Shown piece by piece: positions 28,518 to 39,609 of a DNA stretch of 64,000 nucleotides. The first letter of the stretch is position 1; the number at the start of each line of letters is the position of its first letter. This stretch comes from Candidatus Bathyarchaeia archaeon (GTDB lineage Archaea > Thermoproteota > Bathyarchaeia > Bathyarchaeales > Bathycorpusculaceae). The notes under the pieces are model-generated. The model saw nothing but the letters and a program-made list of their open reading frames with translations, did no database searches and was not told where the DNA came from. The DNA lies in assembly GCA_049516875.1 (NCBI GenBank), contig JBEKSS010000014.1, forward strand, positions 19,743 through 83,742, in the 5' to 3' direction. A program made the position numbers and the translations under genes.

Positions 28518-29021
28518 TCATACGAACAGGTCCAACAAGGCGTTAAGCAAATGTTTCGTAATGAAGTTTTCATTCACCAACTCACCATCTTCAGCGTTTA
28601 GGCCGTTACAGCAAGGAATAAGCTTAAGCGTGAAGGAGTTCGGACTGGCTCTTTCAAAGTCGAACGGGTATAATCTGCAGCGAGCTGGCCTAGAATCGTA
28701 GATCGGACACTCGTAAACTCCTCTCCTTGGGCTGGATTTTAGGAAAATACACGATCCATCGTTACTGTTTTTCAAGCTTCCAACCATCATAGGCAAGCCC
28801 CTGAACTTCGGATCCACTGTTGTCTCCAAAAAGTCTTCCAACCTGTGTCCTGCCCGCTTTGCACGCTCCATATCGCTCTTAGTGAATATTGGTCCCCCAA
28901 GCTTGCAGCAGAAGACTGCACATCGTCTACACCTGAAACGAAGATCATCATGATAAAAAGTCATCCTCACAATTCGTTTAGCCTTAGGATCAAAGATAAC
29001 CTCTGCAATGTTTTCGTCCAA
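28518..29021 (-). CDS. YkgJ-family cysteine-cluster protein
   Basis: CRRCAVFCC, CIFL, CPIY..RP..CRLYPF, C.GL. Confidence 0.88.
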   Translation of the reverse strand: MDENIAEVIFDPKAKRIVRMTFYHDDLRFRCRRCAVFCCKLGGPIFTKSDMERAKRAGHRLEDFLETTVDPKFRGLPMMVGSLKNSNDGSCIFLKSSPRRGVYECPIYDSRPARCRLYPFDFERASPNSFTLKLIPCCNGLNAEDGELVNENFITKHLLNALLDLFV

Positions 29022-30013
29022 GTTCTTGCCCTAGCCCAAACAGCTCACTTTTTGGGATCATTCTTTGTCTAAAGCTCTGCTGGCTTTCTGTCTATATAAC
29101 TATCGGTAGGTCATAATTGAGCACGTGCGGGGGAGCTTCACAAAACGGCCTTGCTCGCATCGTTGAGAGTTTGGCGAAGCCAAACGACCTGCATCTCTTA
29201 TTCACGATTGTTTCTGATGTTTTTTGTTCTTCAACAATAGAGGATTCTTGATTCACCAAAAGCGAGCGTTATCCTTTAATGGGCAGGTTTGCTGAGTTCA
29301 CGAGCATGAATCAAGGATGCCCTGGCGGGTTCATCCGTCAGCGTAGCGCGCGGGGCTTGATTACACACGGAGATAATTCAAATCTGTCTACTCCTTGTCT
29401 CAGAGCGTTTGATGGCAGTAAGGTAATCTGTGGGGTTTCTAGGTGGTACCTATATGGATTCGTGAAAGGAGATCATGCTAAGTGGGCGCGGAGTTAGAGC
29501 GCGCACTCAAGAGCGAGCTCTGGTCTTGTATGTTATCTTCACCATAGATTGCTTGTCAGGATGACGAACAAATATAACGGAACAAGCGCTGTTTTCGCAC
29601 CAGTACTTAGCCTTGTGCGTGCCCTTTTTCAATGGTTTCCCACATTCTGGACAATTGACCATCTTCAAATTCCCTCTTGGATAACTAGAGAAGATGGTGT
29701 AAAAATGTTATGAATCTCGGATAGTGACGACACCTCTGTTTCTGCTAATTGATCGATTTTGGCAAGCGGCGCGCGCTGGCATATTCATAATTCAGAACAA
29801 TGCAAGGGGAATGGGGAAAACTTGCGCAACAGGGAACGACCTGCAGGGATGACTAAGCATGGTGTCCCCGCGTCATTTTTCGTCGTCGTGACTTCACTTG
29901 ATAGCTAGTTACAAAACTGTACGCTGATTTCATTGAACTCGCGCGCAGGCAACAGCTTGTGCGTAAACAAAGAAAATGAGGGGATTTGTGTGTTTGTAAG
30001 TGATTTCCAGTTC

Positions 30014-30061
30014 TTACTTCTTTGGGGGCTTTTTCTTCTTTCCTTTTGCGGCTTTGGGCAC
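30014..30061 (-). CDS. Candidate 15-aa Lys-rich peptide (MPKAAKGKKKKPPKK)
   Basis: GTG start, GAGG upstream, TTTAAATA box upstream; similar to 36510-36590. Confidence 0.35.
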   Translation of the reverse strand: MPKAAKGKKKKPPKK

Positions 30062-30174
30062 TATTTTGGCCTCAAATTACAATTGTCGCGTTTTTTTATT
30101 TAAATCTTTGGTTGGCGCGCGCGATAATAATTATAAAGCAATTCCGATACTGAGAAGTTACGGAGAGGAGTTGA

Positions 30175-30627
30175 ATGGAGTTTTCACTTGAACAAAGGTT
30201 TCGTATGGTTGCTTCCGCCCTAAACGCAAATGTCGGGTCAATAGCCAAAGCAGTTGATAAGAAGTTTGGTGCTGGGGGTCGAGATGTGTTGAGACAAGTC
30301 CAGAGTGTAGAAGGTGTGGCAATGGGTGAGATGTTGAAACTTATGAGCCCAGGAGAGGACTTCAAGTCTGTTGGAACATTTTACGTCCAATTCTTGAAGA
30401 TGTTTGGTGTGAACATTGAGGTTAAGGTGAAGAAAGATGAGGTTGTAGTCGAGGTTCCGAAGTGTCCTTATGGCTTGGAAGGTACTAGCAGAGAACTCTG
30501 TGAAGCAATGATGGCTTTAGACGTAAGCGTGGTTAAGACCATGAGTCCTAATGTAACTTTGGAAATCGTTAAGAGGGTAGCTGTAGGAGACCCTCAGTGC
30601 GAATTGTCAATTACACCTAAAAAGTGA
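30175..30627 (+). CDS. V4R/ATC-hydrolase-like small-ligand-binding protein
   Basis: KCPY, LC, GDPQC motifs. Confidence 0.7.
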   Translation: MEFSLEQRFRMVASALNANVGSIAKAVDKKFGAGGRDVLRQVQSVEGVAMGEMLKLMSPGEDFKSVGTFYVQFLKMFGVNIEVKVKKDEVVVEVPKCPYGLEGTSRELCEAMMALDVSVVKTMSPNVTLEIVKRVAVGDPQCELSITPKK

Positions 30628-30734
30628 AGCACTTTTCAATCCGTGTTAAAAAATCTTTTGCTCCTCTAGCGCGCACTCAAGGTTGATGAAAAATCCGATG
30701 CAATATTCTGTGTAGACTATGCAAGCGCGCGCGC

Positions 30735-30785
30735 TCGACTCTTCCTCTGGTAACACTTTGTCTGGCAACAACGTCGCATACAACA
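30735..30785 (+). pseudogene. NosD beta-helix gene fragment starting at a (GC)5 motif
   Basis: LDSSSGNTLSGNNVAYN matches the repeat unit of 1027-1995. Confidence 0.55.
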
Positions 30786-30870
30786 TACCCGAATCTTATT
30801 GTCTAACACGGCATAGTGAAAGATTGAGGGTCTTCCAGCCAATTCATGGCCACTTCGTCGCGGACTTTGG

Positions 30871-31404
30871 TCAATTGAAGAATTCCACGGTGATTTTCTT
30901 TTCTTTTTCTGCTGGTTCTTCATCAGGGTGCCCGCAAATGACGGCTGCTGCAATCTTGCTCTCGCTCGACATGTGAAGTTCTTGCAATAGCTCTTTGTCT
31001 TCCTCGATAAATCTGGCCATTCCTATGAAGCATGTTCCTAGACCAATCGAGGTCGCATACAACATGATGTTTTGAGCTGCATGTGCCGCGTCTGAATAGA
31101 TCCAAACGTTTTCCTTTGGCCCAGTGACAATTATCAGAAGCGGCGCATCGTAAAACAGGTTCGACCCTTCTCTCATCTTGATGGATGGATATTTCTGTTT
31201 CACTATGGTAGTAATTCTCTCCGAGATTTTCCTAGTCAGATCTCTGTTCGTAACTACTTTGTATTTCAGTTCCTGAAGATTTCTGGCCGTCGGTGCATAT
31301 TTCGCAGCTTCCAATATTGAATCAATCACATTTTTGGAAACGAGCTTGTTCTTGTACGCACAAATGCTTCTTCTCTTCTTGATCACATCAAGAATTTGAT
31401 CCAT
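30871..31404 (-). CDS. Nitroreductase family protein
   Basis: RRSI..Y, APTARNLQ, DA..AAQNIML.A...GLGTC.IG. Confidence 0.92.
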   Translation of the reverse strand: MDQILDVIKKRRSICAYKNKLVSKNVIDSILEAAKYAPTARNLQELKYKVVTNRDLTRKISERITTIVKQKYPSIKMREGSNLFYDAPLLIIVTGPKENVWIYSDAAHAAQNIMLYATSIGLGTCFIGMARFIEEDKELLQELHMSSESKIAAAVICGHPDEEPAEKEKKITVEFFN

Positions 31405-31740
31405 TCAGTTCACTACCTGTGTCTTTTTCCAGTCCAGTTAAAAACCTATTCCCTCACAAGGTTGAATTTTGCCGCTGGTCCTAGTGTTTTTGGAACAATC
31501 AATACGATTCCTCCAATATCCCTAGGAGCTCGGTTCTGCTGGCTTGACGCGGATTTGAGGTTATCTCGATTGCCTGCGCGCGCGCTAAGGCGATAACCTA
31601 ATAGAGTTTATTCCGCACGGAACCTCGTAGAAGAAACTTTTTGTGTCGTCTTATCCCTTTGTTAGCGCGCGCGCTTCGCCTGTTTTAAATAGGGCTTTGC
31701 GCAAAGTCTTTTCCATTCACCATTTACATGCGTGAGAATA

Positions 31741-32790
31741 ATGTCAGAAGAAACAGAAAATATAGCCGTTGAAAGCCCAGAAAAAGAGGAGGAAGAACCG
31801 GAATTACCGAAGAAGGAGTACCGGTTCATGGAGGATCTTCCAGGTGTGGGTCCTGCCACAATGCAGAAACTGCGTGAGCTCGGTTTTCACACTGTCGAGT
31901 CTCTGGCTATGGCTACTGCCCGCGAGATGGAGCCTGCGGGTGTAAGCGAAAAAAAAGCATTTCAAATAATCGTGGCGGCGCGCTCCTCGATAGGTCTTTC
32001 CTTTGTGCGGGCCGATGAGCTTTTCAAGATGCGCCAGGCCGTTTTGCGTTTGACCAGCGGAGACAGAGGATTGGACAAACTGGTGGGTGGCGGGCTGGAA
32101 ACGCAGAGTATCACGGAGTTTTACGGAGAGTATGGTAGCGGCAAGAGCCAGATGTGTCACCAGCTGTGTGTGAACGTTCAACTGCCTCCTGAACGCGGGG
32201 GTCTCGACGGCGCCGCATTGTACCTTGACACGGAGAACACCTTCAGAACTGAACGGATTGTTCAGATGTCCAAGCACTTGGGTCTTGATCCTGCCCGGGT
32301 GGCCAAGAACATCATCTACGCTGAAGCGTACACTTCTGATCATCAAATGTTTCTCTTGGAAAACGCCGATGAAATGATCAAGGAGAACAATGTGAAGCTG
32401 ATCATCGTGGATTCTCTAACGGCCCATTTCAGGAGCGAATACATTGGGCGAGAAACGCTGGCGCCTAGACAGCAGAAGCTGAACAAGCACATGCACAAGC
32501 TAATCGCTCTGGCCAGAGCCTTCAACGCCGTGGCCGTCGTCACCAACCAGGTCATGGCTAAGCCCGACATGTTTTTCGGCGATGCCGTTCAGGCCATCGG
32601 CGGTAACATCGTTGGACACACAAGCCACACGCGGATTTATCTCAGGAAGGCTCCACATGGTCCGGCGCGAATTGCCAGGCTCGTTTCAAGTCCCTATCTG
32701 CCCGACGGGGAGGAAATATTCAAGGTAACTGAGAACGGCATAGAAGAGGTTTCTGAAGTAGAGAAAGCCGCCAGGTCTCGTAGCCGTTAG
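31741..32790 (+). CDS. radA: DNA repair and recombination protein RadA
   Basis: HhH LPGVGP, GEYGSGKSQ, YLDTENTFR, IVDSLT.HFR.EY.GR..L..RQQKL. Confidence 0.97.
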   Translation: MSEETENIAVESPEKEEEEPELPKKEYRFMEDLPGVGPATMQKLRELGFHTVESLAMATAREMEPAGVSEKKAFQIIVAARSSIGLSFVRADELFKMRQAVLRLTSGDRGLDKLVGGGLETQSITEFYGEYGSGKSQMCHQLCVNVQLPPERGGLDGAALYLDTENTFRTERIVQMSKHLGLDPARVAKNIIYAEAYTSDHQMFLLENADEMIKENNVKLIIVDSLTAHFRSEYIGRETLAPRQQKLNKHMHKLIALARAFNAVAVVTNQVMAKPDMFFGDAVQAIGGNIVGHTSHTRIYLRKAPHGPARIARLVSSPYLPDGEEIFKVTENGIEEVSEVEKAARSRSR

Positions 32791-33358
32791 CCACTTCCTG
32801 AACCTTAAGCCAGAAGGATTTGGGCCCTGCAAGATCATTCTTCTTTTTTCAGCTCCGCAATCTTCGATATTTTTGTCGAGTTGTTCTTCCAGTCTTTTCT
32901 TGAAGGCTTAGCTAAAAAGATGCTTTCGATTATACCTCATCTGCTTTTGACTGGTGAGTATTTGGAGACAGGTTTGAAGCCTAAGCGGCTTGGGGTGATT
33001 AGGCCCAGGGATATTTCGGTTCCCTTTGAGAAGGCGCGAAGGTCATGCCGGCAAGAACATGCGGTTTCTTTTTACGGATGCTGAGAACAAGCGATGGGAA
33101 CGCAGGGTTAAAGTGGAGCAGTTAATCGAGAAGGGCGTGAATGCAGACGCTTCGGAATACATGCAACTTTTGTATGCTTCAGCGGCAAGCCTGCTTGCTT
33201 TTTCAGGCCATACAACAAGATCGATCTACGAAGCCATTAGGGGACATAAATGCAGGAGCCTAACAGATTACTGAACGGAGTGAGGATTGGCACTTGATGT
33301 TGCAAAGTTTATTTTGCGGGAAACGTGAATCACAGTACTCAAGCGTGGTCCGCAAGCT

Positions 33359-35440
33359 TTGAAAATGTACTCATTGATCATCACCGAAAAACCTGATGCT
33401 GCTAACAGAATAGCCTCAGCACTAGACGTTGCAGGGAAAGCAAAGAAAATCGTGGACAACGGCGTTCCATACTACGTGGCGAAAAACGGCAAGGAAATAG
33501 TTGTGGTTCCAGCTTTAGGACACCTGTACACGGTAGCAAGCCAGGGAAAAGGCAATTGTTACCCAGTTTTTGACATAAAGTGGGTTCCACGATACTTGGC
33601 TGAACGAGGAACACGGCAAATCCGAACATGGCTTGAAACAATTTCAAAACTGGCGAAAGATGCAGACACCTTCATCGATGCATGCGACTACGATATAGAA
33701 GGAAGCGTAATTGGCTATTGCATACTGAAATACGCGTGCGGGAACAAGGAAAACATTTCAAAACGCATGAAATACTCCACTCTCACTAAAGAGGAACTTG
33801 AAAAATCGTACGCGGAACCATTGCCAAATTTAGATTTTGCCGTAATACAGGCAGGTCTGACGAGGCACGAAGTAGACTGGCTTTACGGCGTAAACCTTTC
33901 CAGAGCTTTGACGATAGCCGCCAAGAAATGGAGCGGCCAATACGCTGTTCTCAGCACTGGAAGGGTACAAGGGCCGACACTCAAACTTCTTGTAGCACGA
34001 GAAAAAAGCATCAGGTGTTTTGTCCCAGATCCATACTGGACCGTGAAAGCAACGATCAGGATAGGCAACTCGTTTTTTGAGATTGAACATGAAAAAAGAG
34101 TTTTTAGGGTTAAAGACGAAGCCGAGGCTGTAGTTAACTTGTGCAAAGGGAAGAGCGGCGCGGTGGAAAAGATTGAGACTGAAAAGTTCCAGCAGATGCC
34201 TCCGCTGCCCTTTGATCTGGGTTCCCTTCAAAGCGAAGCTTACAGTCTCTTTGGGTACACGCCGATGCGCACTTCAAGCGTAGCTCAGCGCCTATATCTA
34301 GACGCGTTAATCTCATATCCGAGAACCAGCAGCCAAAAACTACCATCGGCAATAGGATACGAAACGATCCTGAAGAATCTAGCCAAAACCGATGAATTCA
34401 AGAAACTAACTGCTGAACTTCTCGTTGAGCCAAAGCTGAGGCCAGTCGGGGGAAAGAAGGAAGACCCCGCCCACCCCGCCATTTATCCCACAGGAAATCT
34501 TCCAGAAAAGACTCTTGACTTCGCTGAGAGAAACATTTGGAACCTTGTCGTCAGAAGGTTCATGGCTGCTTTTGGCGGACCAGCCGTACGTCAAAGCGTA
34601 AAAGTTACTATCAAAATAGATGGAAGCCAGTTTCATTTGAGGGGCATGCAGACTTTGCAGGAAGGCTGGATCTGTTTCTACAAACCCTTCGTTCGGTCGG
34701 AGGATACGTTTTTGCCGGAGATGAAAGAAGGGCAAGGAGTGAGCGTTGAAAAAGTGATTTTGGAGGATAAGTTCACTAAGCCGCCACCTCGGTACAATCC
34801 CAGCAGTTTGCTAAGAAGGATGGAAGAAGAAGAAATCGGAACAAAAGCCACTAGGGCGGGAATAATACAAACTCTCTATGACAGGAAGTATATTCGTGAT
34901 GAAAAAATCGCGGTAACAGACCTCGGCTTTGAAGTGACGGACATCCTCAAGAAATACTGTCCATCCGTTGTATCCTTGGAGCTGACGAGAAAACTCGAAG
35001 AGAAGATGGATGAGATTCAACAGGGCAAAGAAACAAGAGAAAACGTCCTAACCGACACGATTGGACTTTTGAAGCCAATAACGGAGAAGTTGAAAGAGAA
35101 AGAAAGAACAATAGGAGAACAGCTAACCCAGGCGATCAAGAAAGCCAAACTGGAAGAACGAGCAGTCGGCGCATGCCCGACCTGCCAGAGCGGAAAACTT
35201 GTGATTTTGACTTCAAAAAGAACGGGCAAACGCTTTGTTGGTTGCACAAACTATTTTGAAGGCATCTGTAAAACAGCGTTTCCCCTTCCGCAAAGAGGCT
35301 ATGTGAAGCCGTCAGGCAAAGCGTGCAAAGGCTGCGGCTGGCCGACCATACTGGTGGGGATAAAAGGAAAGCGTCACTGGAACCTGTGTTTTAATCCTGA
35401 ATGCCCGCTTAAGGAGAAGAGGAAAAACGCTGCACTGTAA
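33359..35440 (+). CDS. topA: Type IA DNA topoisomerase with C-terminal Zn ribbons
   Basis: ITEKP, ACDYDIEG, STGRVQGPTL, ISYPRT, AHPAI.PT, GTKATR. Confidence 0.96.
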   Translation: MKMYSLIITEKPDAANRIASALDVAGKAKKIVDNGVPYYVAKNGKEIVVVPALGHLYTVASQGKGNCYPVFDIKWVPRYLAERGTRQIRTWLETISKLAKDADTFIDACDYDIEGSVIGYCILKYACGNKENISKRMKYSTLTKEELEKSYAEPLPNLDFAVIQAGLTRHEVDWLYGVNLSRALTIAAKKWSGQYAVLSTGRVQGPTLKLLVAREKSIRCFVPDPYWTVKATIRIGNSFFEIEHEKRVFRVKDEAEAVVNLCKGKSGAVEKIETEKFQQMPPLPFDLGSLQSEAYSLFGYTPMRTSSVAQRLYLDALISYPRTSSQKLPSAIGYETILKNLAKTDEFKKLTAELLVEPKLRPVGGKKEDPAHPAIYPTGNLPEKTLDFAERNIWNLVVRRFMAAFGGPAVRQSVKVTIKIDGSQFHLRGMQTLQEGWICFYKPFVRSEDTFLPEMKEGQGVSVEKVILEDKFTKPPPRYNPSSLLRRMEEEEIGTKATRAGIIQTLYDRKYIRDEKIAVTDLGFEVTDILKKYCPSVVSLELTRKLEEKMDEIQQGKETRENVLTDTIGLLKPITEKLKEKERTIGEQLTQAIKKAKLEERAVGACPTCQSGKLVILTSKRTGKRFVGCTNYFEGICKTAFPLPQRGYVKPSGKACKGCGWPTILVGIKGKRHWNLCFNPECPLKEKRKNAAL

Positions 35441-35726
35441 AAAGACTTTTGTTAGGACCGGCGCGTAATTTTCCGTCAACCTTCAGCGGAATGTTTTACG
35501 TTTTACATGGAATATCGGGTGAGCTGCCCGCATTTTTTCAGGGCCCTTCAAAAAGCCAAGCGGATAAACTCCCACAAAATTCACAGATTACCCGCCGGCT
35601 CCAGAGTTTATTGGAGACACTGAATCAAGTTTGCTTGAAGGAGAGGCCCTGATAGATGACAGAAAAGCTTAACTTTTCAGGTTGATACTCTTCGTTTTGA
35701 TCGGTTTACATACACGGTGATGTTCT

Positions 35727-35907
35727 TTGTCTGACGAGAAACTTGCAGATTTTCTTAAGACTGGAAAAGACTGGTCAAGGCTAAGGGCGAGTGTTCCAAG
35801 CGTCTACGTTGTGAAGCTTCCACCCTACAGGAGCTCTCCAGCCCGCCTGGTAGTCGAGCTCAACCCGGTGGACGAGACCGGAACCCCGAAGAAGAGCGCG
35901 CGCGCTA
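35727..35907 (+). pseudogene. Probable truncated hypothetical gene; appears to break at a (GC)5TA motif
   Basis: DWSR...VKLP...VELNPVD..G.PKK runs directly into GCGCGCGCGCTA. Confidence 0.5.
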
Positions 35908-36038
35908 ATTCGCCGATTGAGAGTTGGATTCAACGTGATTTGGGACATGTATGCTCGATTATTATTGAAACGTAATTCAGTTTATAAAGATAATAGCGCG
36001 CGCGGTCTAATATAGTTCAGATATGTGCTTGGAGGAAC

Positions 36039-36185
36039 ATGTGTTTGGGGAGTGTGCGCACAAAACAGATCAAACGAATGGCTAAGGAGCTTATCACACG
36101 TTTTCCTGATAGGTTTTCTAATGATCGCGTCATCTTATTAAGTGTTTCAACTTTTTGGAAGCCAAAAAGAAGCGAAGACAGATGA
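36039..36185 (+). pseudogene. rps17e: Ribosomal protein S17e N-terminal fragment (decayed copy)
   Basis: GGAGG RBS; LGSVRTKQIKRMAKELITRFPDRFSND, then loss of similarity. Confidence 0.7.
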
Positions 36186-36509
36186 TGAGTGGCTACACAG
36201 AGGGTTGGGCTCTTCAGCATCTTCGTGAAGCGAAAGTGGAGCTTGTGGCTCCAAGAAAAATGCCTTACATGGCGCTAAGTCCGGTTTTACATGCTGTGAG
36301 GAAAGCATGAAACGCCTTCTACCACAACCTAAGCAAGCCTACATTCTCGTTTTCTCACCATTACCCTTGACATAATCTCCCTCCGAGATACTGCCTTTTT
36401 GGCTGCAAGTAGGGAAGAATTCAAGCGCGCACGGAGAAAAAAATAGGGAAAGTTACGTGTATAACACCATTCTCCCAATCAATAATGACTCAACAATTTA
36501 GTAATAGAG

Positions 36510-36590
36510 TTACTTCTTTTCCTCTGGCTTTTTCTCTGCGGGTTTCTTTGCCTCTTTTTTCTCTTCCTTCTTCTTTCCCTTCAAGGGCAC
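36510..36590 (-). CDS. Candidate 26-aa Lys/Glu-rich peptide (MPLKGKKKEEKKEAKKPAEKKPEEKK)
   Basis: GAGGTGA RBS, GTG start, TTTTAAGA box upstream. Confidence 0.5.
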   Translation of the reverse strand: MPLKGKKKEEKKEAKKPAEKKPEEKK

Positions 36591-36814
36591 GTCAATCACC
36601 TCGTGCTTGTTGCTTTTATGCTTTCTTAAAAGGCCTTGGGTAGGAGAGCGCACGTGGATTTTTCAGGAATCTCTCCTCTCTTTTTCAGGTTTTTCGCCCG
36701 ATTTTGTGACTGCTCAAGTACAGCAACATATGCGTGGTTTAGGCAACAGATGGAAAATAGTCTTAAGAGCCGTCACGCGCGCCGTTCAAAACCTACCGCA
36801 AAGTTGCAGACACG

Positions 36815-37411
36815 TTAAAACTCATTTTCAAGTGGCAGAGCCGCTTCTTTCTTAGACTTTTCGAATGCTTTTTCTCTCCACTTGTTCTTCCAGCTTTTCC
36901 ATCCTGATTTTACGAGTTTCTCTCTTAGCTCAGGTCTTTCCCCAACCCATTCCAGAAGTGTCCAGAAACGTCTTTTGTCTTCCAGCCTTTCCGCTGGTAC
37001 TCCTACTTCAACACACCATCTTATGTAGCCTCTTTCAACCGTCTCTTGGAGTTCGCCTGTGATTTCTACTTCTTCCACGTCGAATCCTCGGTCTCGCAGG
37101 TGTCTGCGTATGCCGGACAGAACGTATCCTGAGCAGACCTTAAAATGGGTTTCCACATCGGGCCGCATAACCTCAACGATCTCATCAGCAATCTTCACTG
37201 CGTCATCCAAATACCTCTTATTCTCGAAGTTTGGCGGCTGGAAGGACGAGACAGGGATCCTGCGTTCCATGTACCGACGGTCTGGAGGCTTGAGGGCACC
37301 GATTACTACGCCCAAGATAAGGTCTCCCCATCCGGCGTCGTCTATCAAGATCTCTTTTCTTGACATAAACCGATTCAGCCCCATAACCCAACCGCCCAAG
37401 ACCCATAGCAA
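36815..37411 (-). CDS. Hypothetical protein with RNase HII-like N-terminal motif; start probably about 37366
   Basis: ILIDDAGWGDLILGVVIG resembles the GIDEAGRG..GP motif; VCSGY, ITGELQ, KSGWKSW. Confidence 0.6.
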   Translation of the reverse strand: MLWVLGGWVMGLNRFMSRKEILIDDAGWGDLILGVVIGALKPPDRRYMERRIPVSSFQPPNFENKRYLDDAVKIADEIVEVMRPDVETHFKVCSGYVLSGIRRHLRDRGFDVEEVEITGELQETVERGYIRWCVEVGVPAERLEDKRRFWTLLEWVGERPELREKLVKSGWKSWKNKWREKAFEKSKKEAALPLENEF

Positions 37412-37642
37412 ACTGACTATTACAAGCTGTTTGATGCAAATTATAGTGTTTTCTAATTCTTTTACCTTTTTACAAGTAGCAGCAACAATCGCCTAGACAA
37501 AGCGCGCGTGTATGAAGTGATAGAATGACGGCCGAGGACAAGTCGAAGAATTCTGAACTAGAAAAGGGGCCAACTGAAAAACAAGAAGAAACTTTTCGCC
37601 GTGCCAAGGAAGTTTATAAACAGGTAAGGAGGATCTCAACGA

Positions 37643-37846
37643 ATGAGTGCGGATGCTAAAGGTCCAAAGTTTGAGAAAAAGTGCAAAGAGATTCATCCAG
37701 ATGGGAAATGGACTTGCCCGAACTGCGGCACAAAGCATGAGCATCCGCACTGGGAAGACCATCATCAAAAACAGAAAGTCGACAAAAACTTCTGCAAAGA
37801 CTGGTGTAAAGAATCAGATGGTTCGTATGAGCTGACGCTTGACTAA
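37643..37846 (+). CDS. Small Zn-finger protein
   Basis: GGAGG RBS, WTCPNCG, C..WC. Confidence 0.55.
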   Translation: MSADAKGPKFEKKCKEIHPDGKWTCPNCGTKHEHPHWEDHHQKQKVDKNFCKDWCKESDGSYELTLD

Positions 37847-37971
37847 AGACATAAATGCGGGCTGTCTCCTTACAACCCTAATATCAAATCATTCCTCGGT
37901 TAAGACCCGATGATCCGTTAGGGGAGGGCAAAATTCACGGTTAGTAGTCTTTATCCGAAGGGTGAGCAATC

Positions 37972-38133
37972 ATGAGATCTGAGCAAGAAATAAAAGACAA
38001 GCTGAAAGAGTTTGAGGAGATCCTGAAGACAAATCCGCGATTCTACGGTTGCCTTGCATACGAATTCTATGCGCAGAAAGACGCTCTCGAGTGGGTTCTG
38101 GGACTAAAAGAGCTTTTGGTACCGACAACCTAG
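37972..38133 (+). CDS. Small virus-like hypothetical protein (53 aa)
   Basis: GGTGA RBS; MRSEQEIKDKL...ALEWVLG. Confidence 0.5.
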   Translation: MRSEQEIKDKLKEFEEILKTNPRFYGCLAYEFYAQKDALEWVLGLKELLVPTT

Positions 38134-38577
38134 TCCATTTTTTCTCTTAAGTGCCATTATGCAAAGGGTGCATCAAGTGAAGCCAAAGAAAAAGATCGTA
38201 GACGGAATATCTCCTATGAGAGTGCTTTCTCTGTTATATTGGCTATGCGAAGACTGTCATCAGAGGAAAGGAAGCGCGAGCCCTTCAATTAACCCTTCTT
38301 TTTCTAACGGGTGAAAATATGATGAGCGCACGCGCTATAGTGTAGCGGACGCTTATATGCCCTTTACAAAAGCCTTATGTTGCCAGTGTATAGAAGCTTC
38401 CCGCACATTCCCTATTTTTCTCTGATACATAAAATTGGCTTGAAGGAGATTTCTTAAAGGGATAAGCAAGCTTTAACAGCGATTTCCATTCTATAATAGC
38501 TGGAGCGAAGACATGAAGTGACGAGACTGTCGATTCATAGACTATTCTGCTATTTCCCTTGAGGAGGTAAAAGAGGA

Positions 38578-38805
38578 ATGAGATTAAGAGTTTTGCAAAT
38601 AAGCAGTTTAGTTCCGCCAGAATGGGGATTTACAAAGACCGAGGCAAAGAAACCAGCTGGATTCTGTACGCTTAAAGAAGCAACAGAATTCGCCATGCAA
38701 AATTTAGGTTTGAAACAGGGCGAATTTAAAGTGTTAAAGGGCAGAGGAGTCGATTTAGACGGCAATCCTAAAGGAAAATGGATTCTTAAAGTTAAGATGG
38801 AGTGA
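38578..38805 (+). CDS. Small hypothetical protein
   Basis: GAGGAGGT upstream, 75 aa. Confidence 0.5.
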   Translation: MRLRVLQISSLVPPEWGFTKTEAKKPAGFCTLKEATEFAMQNLGLKQGEFKVLKGRGVDLDGNPKGKWILKVKME

Positions 38806-39004
38806 TTTCAAATGGGCAGAATGGTAATCCACGATTTGGTACTTCCGATAGTTCTTAGGAAAAGAACAACATTAGGATAAAAGGGGGAAATTATAAAAAA
38901 TTTTAGTTAGATATCTTTGTATCGAATTCTTGTTAATACTGCTACAGCAGAAAAGCAAATGAACTTTAGAAAAATAATACTTGCACTTCAAAAGTCATTT
39001 TACT

Positions 39005-39268
39005 TCACTTCGCTTTCACTTTTTTTCCATAAACCACATAACTCTTACCTTTCTCTGTTAAACTAACCATTTTAGGTGCCTTACTATTGTCTATAATGAA
39101 AAGTCCTTGACTCTCCAGATCCTTTATGTCTCGCCACCATCCAGGCAATTCATATAGTGGAATAGGCTCATTTGTTTCAGCCAACATCTTAACTATGTCC
39201 CTTCTGTATTGCTCTCTTCCTTTGATACCTTTTATAGGCTTGATTTCCTTAACCATCAATCCTTCCAT
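39005..39268 (-). CDS. Small winged-helix protein
   Basis: DLESQGL....VSLTEKGK. Confidence 0.55.
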   Translation of the reverse strand: MEGLMVKEIKPIKGIKGREQYRRDIVKMLAETNEPIPLYELPGWWRDIKDLESQGLFIIDNSKAPKMVSLTEKGKSYVVYGKKVKAK

Positions 39269-39369
39269 CTATCTCGCCATGTTCTCTTCTGGTTCAAATA
39301 TTAATATCAATTTTAATTAAATATACCCACTCAAAAGTTCTGCGTCAACCTGTTTTTCGAATCGTGGGT

Positions 39370-39609
39370 TGGCATCTCGGTTGTTTCCCACCAGCCTCTT
39401 TCCTGCGATTTGTATCCCAACCTGACTTTCTCCGAGCCTGTCTTGCAGTCATGAGCTGAAGCCTCTCCTAACAGCCTGCTTCAACGCTTCTTGAAGGCAT
39501 ACATGACAGAGTTGACCGCCATACATGCGTTGAAGTCTCCTCCTACTGGCTGAAAGGTTCGTAGATTAGATGGCATCAACATAGGAACGCTAGGCAAGAC
39601 GCGACCACA
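39370..39609 (-). pseudogene. rpl34e: Decayed rpl34e 3' half (frameshifted) plus probable cytidylate kinase remnant
   Basis: CGRVLPSVP...LSASRRRLQRMYGGQLCHVCLQEALKQAVR; ATGA overlap into a fragment with LGY...RGWWE. Confidence 0.65.

Noticed and set aside
32881-33274. Two overlapping short ORFs between radA and topA
   Set aside because: Possibly a frameshifted remnant, but no family recognised
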